Assembly (NCBI GenBank): GCA_040376255.1
Contig: JBEIQZ010000002.1
Location: 1-49,481 of the forward strand
DNA from: Alphaproteobacteria bacterium
GTDB lineage: Bacteria; Myxococcota_A; UBA796; SXON01
Direction of reading: 5' to 3'
DNA: 49,481 nt
Both the position numbers and the translations under genes were made by a program. The notes under the pieces were generated by a model. It saw only the letters and a list, made by a program, of their open reading frames with translations, searched no databases and had not been told where the DNA came from. Below are positions 12,831 to 22,738 of this stretch, in pieces (positions within the stretch are counted from its first letter, which is position 1; every line of letters begins with the position of its first letter).

Positions 12831-14471
12831 TCAGAGGCGGCGCCGGTACACATAGGTCCCGATCGCGCCGATGATCATCGCGCCGGGCATCAACACCAGC
12901 GACACGAGCCAGCAGAGCAGCAGCCCCATCGTCGACATCTCCAGCCGACCCTTCGCCGCCTCGTTCGGACGGATGCCGATCTGATCGTCCTCGCCCGCCA
13001 TCCACGCGACGGTGTTCAGCAGCAGATCCTGGTTCAGCCCGTTGGCGAGGAGCTGGTTGGAGGCGAAGTCCATGTCGCCCACCACCACCACCTTGCCGCC
13101 CGCCAGCCGGGGCAGCTCTGCCGTCACCGCCGCCGGGGGCGCCGCCGGGACGCCCGGCGACCCCTCCGGGGCCACCGGCGCCGCCGCCTCGGTCTTCGTC
13201 CGCAGGCCCGACGGATCGCTGATCTCAGCCACCGCCATCACCGGCACCTTGCCGATCAGGTCGCGGCCCTCAGTCGGCGCAGGCTCCGCCGCCTGATCCT
13301 TGTAGTCGCTCTCGGCCCAGCTCTGCTCAGAGGCGCGGGCCAGCTCCTTCACCTCGACCCCGGCCACCGCGTCGCCGACCTTCACCGAGCGCGCGAGGAA
13401 GAACACCGAGTTGCCCTTCAGCTTCTCGGTGAGCGGGTGCGGCTCGTAGCTGCCCTGATCGACGATCAGCCCGAACGGGTTGTTCTGGAGCATCCGGTAG
13501 GGATCGGTCTCGATGACGACGTCATCGCCGACCTTGACGCCGTACCGCGCGAAGTCATTGGCCACCGTGGCCGGGACCGTCGGATCCATGAGCGCGATCA
13601 GCGCCCCGCCCGCCGCCACGTACTGCGCCAGCCGATCCAGCTCCTCCGGCAGGATCTCAGTCTGCGGCCCGGCCAGCACCACCAGCTCACAGGAGGTCGG
13701 TGATGGCGCGGTCGCGGTGAGCGTGATCTTGCTGACCGTGTAGTTCTGCGCCTCCAGCTTGTCCTTCGCCAGACCGAACCCCGACTGAGAGCCGCTGTCG
13801 TCCGGATCCATCTCCCCGTGACCGCTGACCACGCAGACCTTGTGCTGCTTGTCGGAGGTCACCAGCACCAGCGCGTTGGTGATCGACGACTCGTCGAAGG
13901 TGTACTCGATCCGCTTCTCCTGGCTGCCCGCCCGCAGGATGACCGTCCCGGCCTCCGAGGCGATCTTCTCCTTCTCGGCCAGCAGCGGCTCCTCAGACGG
14001 GTCGTGGTACTCGACCTTCAGCTGCGAGCTGTTGGCGAGGTACTGCTCCATCAGCGTCTCAAAGTTCTTCTGCTCCGGGGCGCCCTTGGTGAAGAAGGCG
14101 ATCACCTCCACCTGACGATCCAGCTTCTTCACAAGATCTACGCTCTGCCCGGAGAGCGTGTACTGCTTGTTCTTCGTCGCGTCCCAGCGCCAGGTGGAGC
14201 TGTGCGCCGCCACGTTCGCGGTGATCGCGATCGCCAGCCCGAGCAGCGTCGCCACCAGCGCGTTGAGCGAGCGCGCGGAGGTCTGATCGTTGCGGTAGTC
14301 CTGGATCAGCGACCAGTCGACCGCGATCCACACCACCAGCAGCGCCACCCCCAGCCCGCCGGCGCCCTTCACCAGGAGCGGCATGTCGCCGTCCAGCGTG
14401 AGCGCCGCCGCGCCGCTCCCGATCAGACACATCAGCCCGATGAGGCCAAAAAACCATCCAAAGCCGCGCAT
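12831..14471 (-). CDS. GldG-family ABC transporter auxiliary component
   Basis: Three N-terminal TMs, WDATKNKQYTLS, VSGHGE, LVVLAGP, VVVGDMDFASN, NQDLLLNTVAWM and a C-terminal TM. Confidence 0.9.
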   Translation of the reverse strand: MRGFGWFFGLIGLMCLIGSGAAALTLDGDMPLLVKGAGGLGVALLVVWIAVDWSLIQDYRNDQTSARSLNALVATLLGLAIAITANVAAHSSTWRWDATKNKQYTLSGQSVDLVKKLDRQVEVIAFFTKGAPEQKNFETLMEQYLANSSQLKVEYHDPSEEPLLAEKEKIASEAGTVILRAGSQEKRIEYTFDESSITNALVLVTSDKQHKVCVVSGHGEMDPDDSGSQSGFGLAKDKLEAQNYTVSKITLTATAPSPTSCELVVLAGPQTEILPEELDRLAQYVAAGGALIALMDPTVPATVANDFARYGVKVGDDVVIETDPYRMLQNNPFGLIVDQGSYEPHPLTEKLKGNSVFFLARSVKVGDAVAGVEVKELARASEQSWAESDYKDQAAEPAPTEGRDLIGKVPVMAVAEISDPSGLRTKTEAAAPVAPEGSPGVPAAPPAAVTAELPRLAGGKVVVVGDMDFASNQLLANGLNQDLLLNTVAWMAGEDDQIGIRPNEAAKGRLEMSTMGLLLCWLVSLVLMPGAMIIGAIGTYVYRRRL

Positions 14472-14481
14472 CTGTCCCCCC

Positions 14482-15252
14482 TTATCGCCAGCGCAACGCC
14501 TCTACCCGCTGCGTTGTCGCCAGCAGGCAGAAGGCGATGAAGCTCAGAAAATAGACCAGATCCTGCATCCGGATCAGACCCTTGCCCATCTCCATGTAGT
14601 GCGTCCCCATCGCGAGGCCCTGGAACACGTCCTGAGCCACCCCCTCCGGCGCCATGTCCGCCGCCCAACCCAGGATCCAGAAGATCAGGTTGAAGGCAAA
14701 TCCCGCCATGAAGGCGATGATCTGGTTCTCGGTGAACGAGGACAGGAACAGGTTGATCGCCACCAGCGAGGACGTCAGCAGGAACAGCGACAGGTAGTTG
14801 CTCAACAACACGCCGGTGTCCGGCTCGCCGTAGCCGTAGAGCAGCGCCATGTACGGCAGCGTCGCCACCATCATCGCCACCACGAAGCCGATCGCCCCGA
14901 AGAACTTGCCGAGCACGATCTCCGTCGAGGAGATCGGGCTGGTCAGCAGCAGCTCGATTGAGCGCTGCTTGCGATCCTCGGCCAGCAGCCGCATCACCAG
15001 CCCCGGCGCGATCAGCAGGATCACCACCGCCATGTTGCCGAACAGCCCCTGGATCACGAAGCTGTTGACGTTCAGCCCCTCCGCCGCCTGCGGGTTGAAC
15101 GCCGCCTGCTGCGAGTAGTCCATGAACGCCGTCACCGACAGGGCGAAGAAGAACCCGAAGATGAACAGGAAGAACATCAGGATGATCCAGCCTATCGGAG
15201 TCGTAAAATAGGCTGCGGTCTCCCGCTTGAAGATCGCGATCGCGCCGTTCAT
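14482..15252 (-). CDS. ABC-2 type permease (GldF-like)
   Basis: KRETAAYFTTPIGW, MRLLAEDRKQRSIELLLTSP, EIVLGKF, SSFTENQIIA; multiple TMs. Confidence 0.92.
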   Translation of the reverse strand: MNGAIAIFKRETAAYFTTPIGWIILMFFLFIFGFFFALSVTAFMDYSQQAAFNPQAAEGLNVNSFVIQGLFGNMAVVILLIAPGLVMRLLAEDRKQRSIELLLTSPISSTEIVLGKFFGAIGFVVAMMVATLPYMALLYGYGEPDTGVLLSNYLSLFLLTSSLVAINLFLSSFTENQIIAFMAGFAFNLIFWILGWAADMAPEGVAQDVFQGLAMGTHYMEMGKGLIRMQDLVYFLSFIAFCLLATTQRVEALRWR

Positions 15253-15255
15253 CGG

Positions 15256-16272
15256 CTACCCCTCCCCGTTCAGGTTCTGCTTCTTCAGGTTCAGCTTCGG
15301 ATCCGGCGTCCCCGCAGGCGCGCCGGACGGCGAATTGATCGACGCGCCGGACGGCGCATTGATCGGCGCGCCGTCCATCCCCGGCGCCGTCCCTGCGATC
15401 AGCGAGAGGTACAGATCCTCCAGCCGCTGCCCGCCCAGCTCCAGGATGCCCGAAGGCGCCGACGCCGACGCCACGTCCTCGCGCAGATCCCGGTCGCCGC
15501 GCACGATGAGCCGCCGCCCGGTGGCCTCGACGCTCAACACGCCGGGGATCTGCTGCAGCCGCGCCATCAGCTCAGGGCCGGGGCGCGCCACCTCGACGCG
15601 GACAGTCTGTCCGGCGTGTCCGAGGTTGGCGATGGAGCTCTCAGTGATGATCCGGCCCTTGTTGATGACGATCACCCGGCCGCACAGCGCCTCCATCTCC
15701 GCGAGGACGTGCGTGGAGAGGATGACGGTGCGATCCCCGGCCGCGAGCTCCTGGATGAGGTTGCGGATCTCGACGCGCTGCGCCGGATCGAGGCCGGAGG
15801 TCGGCTCGTCCAGCACCAGCACCGAGGGCTCATGCACCAGCGCCTGCGCCAGCCCGACGCGCTGCCGGTAGCCCTTGGACAGGTTGTCGATGAGCCGGTG
15901 GGCCACCGGCTGCAGCGCGACCCGATCCAGCGCCTTGTTGACCGCCTTCTTGATGTCGGCGACCCCCTTCAGCTCAGCGGCGAACTGCACGTAGTCGCGC
16001 ACCGTCATGTTGGGGTAGAGCGGCGGCACCTCCGGGGCGTAGCCGAGGATCGACTGCACCGCCTTCGGGTTGTCCGCGACGTCGTGGCCCCCGACCTTCG
16101 CCACCCCCACTGAGGCGCCCAGCGATCCGGAGATGATCCGCATCGTGGTGGTCTTACCTGCCCCGTTGGGACCGAGGAACCCGACGACCTCGCCTTTGGT
16201 GATGTGAAAGCTCACATCCTTGATGGCGAACGTGTCCCCGTACTGCTTGCTCAGCTTCTGAACTTCAATCAC
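15256..16272 (-). CDS. ABC transporter ATP-binding protein (GldA-like)
   Basis: Walker A GPNGAGKTT, signature LSKGYRQR, Walker B VLVLDEPT, H-loop LSTH. Confidence 0.95.
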   Translation of the reverse strand: MIEVQKLSKQYGDTFAIKDVSFHITKGEVVGFLGPNGAGKTTTMRIISGSLGASVGVAKVGGHDVADNPKAVQSILGYAPEVPPLYPNMTVRDYVQFAAELKGVADIKKAVNKALDRVALQPVAHRLIDNLSKGYRQRVGLAQALVHEPSVLVLDEPTSGLDPAQRVEIRNLIQELAAGDRTVILSTHVLAEMEALCGRVIVINKGRIITESSIANLGHAGQTVRVEVARPGPELMARLQQIPGVLSVEATGRRLIVRGDRDLREDVASASAPSGILELGGQRLEDLYLSLIAGTAPGMDGAPINAPSGASINSPSGAPAGTPDPKLNLKKQNLNGEG

Positions 16273-16414
16273 GGCTGCTACCCGACACGCTTACTCCTGA
16301 CCACGGGGGCCGTGCTAACCGCCCGGCCTGCCCATGTCGAAATCTGCGACCGAAGTTGACGACAATGAATGTGCCGCGCCCGCGCCGCCCTGCGCCGAAC
16401 CTTCCGGACGGCGC

Positions 16415-18094
16415 TCAGAGCTTGCGGCAGCCGAACCCGTTCTTGCAGCTCACCGTCACCGAGTCCCCCTCTCCGACGACGAGCGAACGGAGCGTGAAGC
16501 TGCTCCCGTCCTTCAGGGTCACCGTCACCGTGTAGACCCCGGCCGGCACCTGACCGGTCGATCCGCCGGGAGAGACGCTCACCTTCTCCACATCGCCGGT
16601 CACTGAGAGCCGCCCGCCCTTCGTGTCCGCCTTCGCCTTCGCCTCAGCCTCCGCCTTCGCCCTGGCCTCCGCCTCTGCCTTCGCCCTGGCCTCGACCTCC
16701 GCCTTCGCCTCGGTCTCCGCCTTCGCCTTTGCCTCGGTCTCCGCCTTCGCTTTGGCGTCCGCCTCCGCCTTCGCCTTGGCCTCGGCCTTCGCCTTGGCGT
16801 CCGCCTTGGCGTCCGCCTCCGCCTTCGCCTTCGCCTCTGCAGGGCTGAGCTTCACGGTCGGCTCAGGAGCAATCGGGGTCGGCTCAGGGGCGGCCGGGGT
16901 CGCCTCAGGGGTGAGCGGCGGCGTCGCCTCCGGGGTGGGGGGCGGCGTCGCAGGGGTCGGCGTCGCAGGGGTCGGCGTCGCAGGGGTGAGCGGCGTCGGC
17001 GCTGCCACGGGCGTCGCTGCCGGCGCCGGATCGGCCGGCCCCGATCCGTCCGTCCTCAGGTAGGACAGCCCGAGCAGCGTCCCGCCGATCAGCACCGCCG
17101 AGATCCCTCCGGCGAACACGAGCGGCAGCACGGAGCGGCGCGGCGCCACCGCGACGCGCTCCACCAGCAGCGTCCCCATCGTACCGTCCTGCACCGGGCG
17201 GTTCTGCTGCATCACCTCCGGGATCCGCTGCTCCGCCCAGTCGGAGAGCGACTCCATGTTCCCCGGCAGCCGCGCCCGGATGCGCTCCAGCTGCCGCACG
17301 CAGTCGCGCCCGTTCGGACGCTGCGCCGGATCTTCCGAGAGCATCTCGGAGATCAGATCGAACAGCGGGTGCGAGAGGGTCTGGAGCCAGCTCCACTGCG
17401 CCATCAGCGCCTTCCCCGGCGGCTGCCGATCCGGATCCGCCACCGAATTCCCGGGGCGCCCGCCGATGAGCAGCTCGAACAGCATCACCCCGAGCGCGTA
17501 CATGTCCCCGAGGTGGGTGTCCTCCCCCCGGAACCGCTCGGGCGCCATGTAGGCCAGCGTCCCGAAGATCGCCTGTGTCGCGCCGGTCTCCCGGGCTGAA
17601 AATTCGGCATGCGCCACGCCGAAGTCCAGCAGCTTCACCTCTCCTGCCGTCGTCAGCCGGACATTGCCCGGCTTGATGTCGCGGTGGACCAGCCGCAGCG
17701 GCTTCCCGTCCGGGCCGTTCTGGTTGTACGCCGCGTGGAGCGCGCCCGCGACCTCCTCGATGATCGTGAGCGCTGCCTTCGGCGGCACCGGCCCCGACCT
17801 GAGCAGCGTCCCCAGATCGACGCCCTCCACATACTCCATCACCACCGACCACTGGCCGTTGAGCTGGAGCAGATCGTCCACCCGGACGATCGAGCGGTGG
17901 TGGATGAGCGAGAGCATCCGCGCCTCATCGCGCAGGCGCCCGACGAGCTCCGGGCTCACCGAGCGATCCGGGTTCATCACCTTCACCGCCACCTTCCGCG
18001 CCAGCCCCGCCCCGACCGTGTCGGCCAGATAGACCGCGCCGAACGCGCCGCGCCCCAGCAATTCCCGTACCCGATAGCTGCGTCCACCGTTCAA
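16415..18094 (-). CDS. Membrane Ser/Thr protein kinase (Hanks type) with Pro/Thr and Ala-Lys-Glu repeat linker and small C-terminal PEGA-like domain
   Basis: Intact GRGAFG, VAVK, HRDIKPGN, DFG and YMAPE motifs; TM VLPLVFAGGISAVLIGGTLLGL; TTG start after GAGGA. Confidence 0.93.
   Translation of the reverse strand: MNGGRSYRVRELLGRGAFGAVYLADTVGAGLARKVAVKVMNPDRSVSPELVGRLRDEARMLSLIHHRSIVRVDDLLQLNGQWSVVMEYVEGVDLGTLLRSGPVPPKAALTIIEEVAGALHAAYNQNGPDGKPLRLVHRDIKPGNVRLTTAGEVKLLDFGVAHAEFSARETGATQAIFGTLAYMAPERFRGEDTHLGDMYALGVMLFELLIGGRPGNSVADPDRQPPGKALMAQWSWLQTLSHPLFDLISEMLSEDPAQRPNGRDCVRQLERIRARLPGNMESLSDWAEQRIPEVMQQNRPVQDGTMGTLLVERVAVAPRRSVLPLVFAGGISAVLIGGTLLGLSYLRTDGSGPADPAPAATPVAAPTPLTPATPTPATPTPATPPPTPEATPPLTPEATPAAPEPTPIAPEPTVKLSPAEAKAKAEADAKADAKAKAEAKAKAEADAKAKAETEAKAKAETEAKAEVEARAKAEAEARAKAEAEAKAKADTKGGRLSVTGDVEKVSVSPGGSTGQVPAGVYTVTVTLKDGSSFTLRSLVVGEGDSVTVSCKNGFGCRKL
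16625..16840 (-). repeat. AKAKAE(A/T)E repeat (TolA-like helical spacer) in the kinase ectodomain
   Basis: Tandem gccttc/gcctcc units; translation AEAKAKAEADAKA... Confidence 0.8.
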
Positions 18095-18146
18095 GGTATC
18101 CTCGCTTCTCTCACCGCCTCAGAATATCATATCCCCGCTGCTCACG

Positions 18147-19445
18147 ATGCCGATCCTGCCCACCCTGCTGCGTACCGCCCCGCTCTTTCTGCTGGCCTCC
18201 TGCGGGAGCGCCTGGACACCGCTCGATCTGGACGGCGACGGCTACACCGCCGCTGAGGGCGACTGCATCGACGACCCCGCGCAGGCACAGAGCGCGGACG
18301 TCCACCCGTTCGCTCAGGAGATCTGGTACGACGGCACCGATCAGGACTGCGACGGCGGCTCAGACTTCGATCAGGACGGCGACGGCGCCGATCTGCCGGC
18401 AGACTGCGACGACGCTGCCCCGGACGTCCATCCGTCTGCTCCGGAGATCTGGTACGACGGCACCGACCAGGACTGCGACGGCAATGACGGCGACCGGGAC
18501 GGCGACGGCGCTGCGTCCCCCGATGACTGCGACGACCTCGACCCGGACGTCCACCCCGCTGCTCAGGAGATCTGGTACGACGACACCGACGACGACTGCG
18601 ACGGCAACCGCGACGATCAGGACGGCGACGGGTACGGCCTGTCTGAGGACTGCGACGATCTCGACGCGGACATCCACCCCGCTGCTCAGGAGATCTGGTA
18701 CGACGGCGCGGACGACGACTGCGACGGCAACGACGGCGATCAGGACGGCGACGGCGCCTGGAAGGCGGGCTACCCCTACCCGCTGCCCGCCGGCGCCCTC
18801 CCCGGCGACTGCGCCGACGATCCCGCCGCGCCCCCGTCGGGGATCTCCCTGGACGGCGCCCCCGCCAGCCTCCCTGCCAGCGCGGTCTTCCCCGCCGCCG
18901 CCGACGCCCCCTACGACGGCATCGACGCGGACTGCGCCGGGGACGACGATCTCGACGCCGATCGGGACGGCGTCCGCGCCCTCCCCGCAGGCCCGGACTG
19001 CATCGACAGCGACCCCGCCGCCTACCCCGGCGCCATGGAGCGCTGCAACGCGGCGGACGACGACTGCTCCGGCCTGCCGGACGACGGGGATGCCTGCCCC
19101 TGCGCGGCGCTCTGGCGCGGCGCCACGCCCTACCTCTCCTGCCCCGATGGCAGCGGCTCCTCCCTCGCCGGGGCCTGCGCCGCGCTCGGCTACCGCCCCC
19201 TGATCCTCGACGACGCAGCCGAACAGGCGGATCTGCTGCTGGCCGGGTTCGGAGGCTGGATCGGCCTCGGCGATCAGGCCATCGAGGGCGACTACCGCTG
19301 GTACGGCGACGCCCCCGTCACCTGGGACGGCTGGGCGCCCGGACAGCCCGACGATCCCGGCACGGAAGACTGCGCGCGGCTCAGCCCGGAAGGCTGGCAG
19401 GACGCGCCGTGCTCCCTCCTCCTCCCCCTGCTCTGTGAGGGTTGA
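18147..19445 (+). CDS. Lipoprotein with MopE-like metal-binding repeats (DC-D...EIWYDG-D-DCDG) and C-terminal C-type lectin domain
   Basis: LLASC lipobox; repeats at 123-126 bp spacing; WIGLGDQAIEGDYRW...WAPGQPDD...EDCA...WQDAPC lectin motifs. Confidence 0.88.
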   Translation: MPILPTLLRTAPLFLLASCGSAWTPLDLDGDGYTAAEGDCIDDPAQAQSADVHPFAQEIWYDGTDQDCDGGSDFDQDGDGADLPADCDDAAPDVHPSAPEIWYDGTDQDCDGNDGDRDGDGAASPDDCDDLDPDVHPAAQEIWYDDTDDDCDGNRDDQDGDGYGLSEDCDDLDADIHPAAQEIWYDGADDDCDGNDGDQDGDGAWKAGYPYPLPAGALPGDCADDPAAPPSGISLDGAPASLPASAVFPAAADAPYDGIDADCAGDDDLDADRDGVRALPAGPDCIDSDPAAYPGAMERCNAADDDCSGLPDDGDACPCAALWRGATPYLSCPDGSGSSLAGACAALGYRPLILDDAAEQADLLLAGFGGWIGLGDQAIEGDYRWYGDAPVTWDGWAPGQPDDPGTEDCARLSPEGWQDAPCSLLLPLLCEG

Positions 19446-20578
19446 TGTCCCCGCTGCTGTTCTCCCCGCTCCTCTCCATGCTCCTCTCCATGCTCCTCTC
19501 CCTCCAGGCAGCCCTCGCCGCGCCTGCGGCCTGCGCCGCCGCCGACGCTGCCGCCTGCACCGCCCTCGGGAACGCCGCCATGCAGCAGGGGGACGCGGAG
19601 GCCGCCGCCCGCTACTGGGAGCAGGGCTGCAGCTACAGCGATGGTCGCGCCTGCGCCAATCGGGGCGTCCTCGCCGTCCAACAAAACGCCGCTGACGACG
19701 CCCGCCGTTTTTTTGAGCGCGGCTGCGCCCTCCAGTCCTCCACCGCCTGCTACATGCTCGGAAACCTCTATGAAGAGGGGCGCGGCCTCCGCCCGGACGC
19801 GACCCAGGCCATCACCTTCTGGCGGAAGTCCTGCGATCTCGGCTACGCCAACGCCTGCTTCGAGGCCGGGCTCGCGGCCGAGAAGGGCAAGGGGACGCCC
19901 CCCTCCCGCGCCGAGGCCGCCGCGCTGTTCCTCCAGGGCTGCGATCTCAACGACGGCACCAACTGCGGCCAGCACGGCTTCCTGGTCGGCGCGCCCGGCG
20001 GGGTGTCCTCCCTGGAGAAAGGCTGCCGCCTCCATGACAGCTTCTCCTGCTTCCTCCTCGGCCAGTGGTACGAAGACGGCAGCCTCGGCGCCGTCGACCT
20101 CCCCCGCGCCGCCGCGCTCTACGAGACGGCCTGCATCGGGGGGATGCCTGGCGCCTGCGCCGTCCTTGGCGCGATGATCGAGGACGGCCGGGGCCGTGAA
20201 AAGAACCTTGAGAAGGTCGCCGGGTTCTACGCCCTCGCCTGTAAGGGCAAGGAGGCGAGCGCCTGCACGCGGCTGGGCGTCCTGATGCTCGATCAGCAGA
20301 AGGTGCCGGAGGCGGTCGCGCTGTTCGAGGAGGCCTGCACGCTGAAGGAGCCGTTCGGCTGCCTGAACGCGGCGGTCTTCTATCAGGACGGAGGCAACAT
20401 ACCGGTGGACCTGGAGCGGGCGGCGCAGCTCTATGAGGCGGGGTGTACGTTGGGGGCGGGGGACGCCTGCATGGCGCTGTCGGGGATGTATAAGAAGGGG
20501 AAGGGCGTGAAGAAGGACAGGAAGCGGGCGGCGGCGCTCCGGGAGGAGGGGTGCAGGCTGGGGGCAGACTGCGGGTAG
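19442..20578 (+). CDS. Secreted Cys-rich Sel1-like repeat protein (Hcp type)
   Basis: Signal peptide; repeated ACxxLGxxYxxGxG...AxxxYxxxC units; overlaps the upstream stop. Confidence 0.9.
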   Translation: MMSPLLFSPLLSMLLSMLLSLQAALAAPAACAAADAAACTALGNAAMQQGDAEAAARYWEQGCSYSDGRACANRGVLAVQQNAADDARRFFERGCALQSSTACYMLGNLYEEGRGLRPDATQAITFWRKSCDLGYANACFEAGLAAEKGKGTPPSRAEAAALFLQGCDLNDGTNCGQHGFLVGAPGGVSSLEKGCRLHDSFSCFLLGQWYEDGSLGAVDLPRAAALYETACIGGMPGACAVLGAMIEDGRGREKNLEKVAGFYALACKGKEASACTRLGVLMLDQQKVPEAVALFEEACTLKEPFGCLNAAVFYQDGGNIPVDLERAAQLYEAGCTLGAGDACMALSGMYKKGKGVKKDRKRAAALREEGCRLGADCG

Positions 20579-20592
20579 CGGCGCTTTGGCGC

Positions 20593-21225
20593 TCACCCCC
20601 GCTCCAGCAGCCGCGCCACCCGCCGCTCCGCCCCCTCCAGATCCTTCGGCACCGGCACCTCCTCCCGGACGATCTCCCTGAACCCGGCGTCGGGCGCAAA
20701 ACCCCTCCCCCCGTCCGCGAGCAGCACCCTGCCCTCCTGCCGCGCGAGCCACTGGAGCAGCGCTGCAGCGAGGTCGGCGCGGTAGCAGACGTCCCCGATC
20801 AGGACGACGTCGTAGCCAAGCTCCCCCTCCTCAAGCAGATCCCGCAGCTCCACCGCGACCTCCACCCCGCTGGCGGCCGCGTTGAGCCGGATCGCCGCCC
20901 CGGCGAATTCGTCGATCTCGTTGGCGGTGACGGCGGCGCCGACCCGCGCCGCAGCGATGGCGGCGAGGCCGCTGCCGGAGGCGAAGTCGAGGACGCGGCG
21001 ACCGGCGAACTCGTCCGGGTGATCGAGGATGTAGCGCGCGAGGATCTGGCTGCCCGGCCACGCGAAGGCCCAGAACGGGGGCGGGAGCCGGTGGGCGTCC
21101 AGCCACTCCTCAGTCGCCTGCCAGAGCGGGGTGACCTCGGTGGCGAGGTAGAGCTGGATCTCAGGGACGAGGGGGGGCGCGGCGCGCTCGGTGTGCGCGG
21201 AGATGAAGGCGGCGCGATCAGGCAT
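20593..21225 (-). CDS. Class I SAM-dependent (protein lysine) methyltransferase, ETFB-KMT/METTL20-like
   Basis: PPPFWAFAWPGSQILARY, VLDFASGSGLAAIAAA, LIGDVCY motifs. Confidence 0.88.
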   Translation of the reverse strand: MPDRAAFISAHTERAAPPLVPEIQLYLATEVTPLWQATEEWLDAHRLPPPFWAFAWPGSQILARYILDHPDEFAGRRVLDFASGSGLAAIAAARVGAAVTANEIDEFAGAAIRLNAAASGVEVAVELRDLLEEGELGYDVVLIGDVCYRADLAAALLQWLARQEGRVLLADGGRGFAPDAGFREIVREEVPVPKDLEGAERRVARLLERG

Positions 21226-22737
21226 GGGGCTCCTTCAGGCGGGGGAGGCTGATCTCGAAGCAGGTGCGGCCGGGGCGGCTCTCAACCGTGATGCTCCCGC
21301 CGTGGGCGGTGCAGATCGTGCGGACGAGGGCGAGGCCGAGGCCGGTGCCGCCCCTGGAGCGGGCGGTGGTGAAGAACCGATCAAAGATCTTGTCGACGTT
21401 GGCGGGGGAGATCTCTCCGGCGTCGATCACCCGGATCTGGACGGCGGGGCCGGCCCCGCTGACCTCCCCGCTGACCTCCCCGTCGACCTCGACGCTGACG
21501 GGCGGCCTGCCGTGGAGCCGGGCGTTCTGGATCAGGTTCTTCAGGACGGCCTCGATCTGGCCCTGGTTGGCGTGGATCATCAGCGGGTGATCGGGCAGGG
21601 CGGGCGGGTGATCGGCGTCGCGGAGGTCGCGGAGGAGATCGCGGAGGTCGAGGGGCGCGCGACCGGCCCCTCCTCGGCGCGGGCGAGGGCGAGGAGGCCG
21701 CCGATCATGCGGCTCAGCCGGTCGAGATCGGCGAGAGCGTTGTCGAGGAAGCGGAGGCGCTGCGCGGGCGGCAGCTCGTCGTCGTCGCGGAGGATCTCCA
21801 GCGTGCCGCGCAGGGTGCTGACCGGGGTCTTGAACTCGTGGGAGACGTTGGCGGAGAACTCGGTGATGTAGGCCATCCGCTCGGCGAGGCGGCGCTGCAT
21901 GCCGGACATGGCCTCAGCGAGCAGGCGGGTCTCGACGACATGCGAGGCGAGGGCGGGGCGGAGGGCGAGGGCGGCGTCGGCCTCCCCGGCGGCGATGCGG
22001 CGGGCGGTGTGGACGAGGGCGGCGATGGAGTGGGTGAAGCGGCGACCGGCGAGGAAGGCCATGCTCAGGGTGGTGACGAGCGACAGGATCATGCCGAGGG
22101 CGAAGCCGGGGCCGAGCTGGTAGAGGGTCTGGATCTCCTCGCGGGGGGTGCGTGAGACGAGGATCGCGCCGATCACCTCGCCGCGCGCGCGGACGGGCTG
22201 GGCGACGAAGACGCGCATCCCGGAGCGCCGGCTGGCGGAGGAGAGCGGGGCGAAGGTGGAGGGCGCGCTGCGGGGGCGGACGTCCCAGCCGGGGGCTCCG
22301 GCGAGCGCCTGCTGAACCTCGGCGGTGTCGGAGACGTCCTCCCCGAGCCCGGTGCCGGAGGAGGAGGCGAGCACCGCGCCGGTGGCGTCGATGATGCGGA
22401 CCCCGGCGAGGGTCTGCTCGCGGGCCTCGGCCATGCGGGGCTGGAGGCGGGCGGTGACCGCGCTGAGATCAAAAGCGGGATCGGGGTCGCGCTCCAGCTC
22501 GGACTCGATGGTGAGGCGCCAGATCGTCGCCTGGTGATCGATGTCCTCGCGCGTCTGCTGCCAGAGATCGCGGGCGAGCGCGCCCGTCCCGATCATCGCA
22601 GCGATCGGCAGCAGCAGCACGAACAGGTGCGAGAGCGCCATCCAGCTCTGCAGGCGCAGCAGCACGCGCGGGGCCGGAGCGGCCGGCGCCGTCTCAGGCG
22701 CGGTCTCAGGCGCATCCGGCGCCGTCCCGGTCGCCAT
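21218..22737 (-). pseudogene. Sensor histidine kinase (CreC-like) interrupted by a 1-nt frameshift near 21652-21655 (pseudogene or sequencing error)
   Basis: ORF 21580..22737 holds TM-sensor-TM-HAMP-HisKA (SHEFKTP); ORF 21218..21580 holds the HATPase (NLIQNA, DAG, IFDRFFTT, GTGLGL). Adding one C in the C4 run restores ...PVARPLDLRDLLRDL...HPLMIHANQGQIEAVLKNLIQNA. Confidence 0.85.
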
Positions 22738-22738
22738 C

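Noticed and set aside
18312-18720. Regularly spaced ~22-bp direct repeats (gctcaggagatctggtacgacg at 18312, 18438, 18561, 18684) resembling a CRISPR array
   Set aside because: The 123-126 bp spacing is a multiple of 3, the intervening sequences are homologous, and the repeats encode the EIWYDG motif of MopE-like protein repeats. No cas genes are present.
21640-21665. Programmed ribosomal frameshift in the histidine kinase
   Set aside because: There is no X XXY YYZ slippery heptamer or evident stimulatory structure; a homopolymer indel is the simpler explanation.
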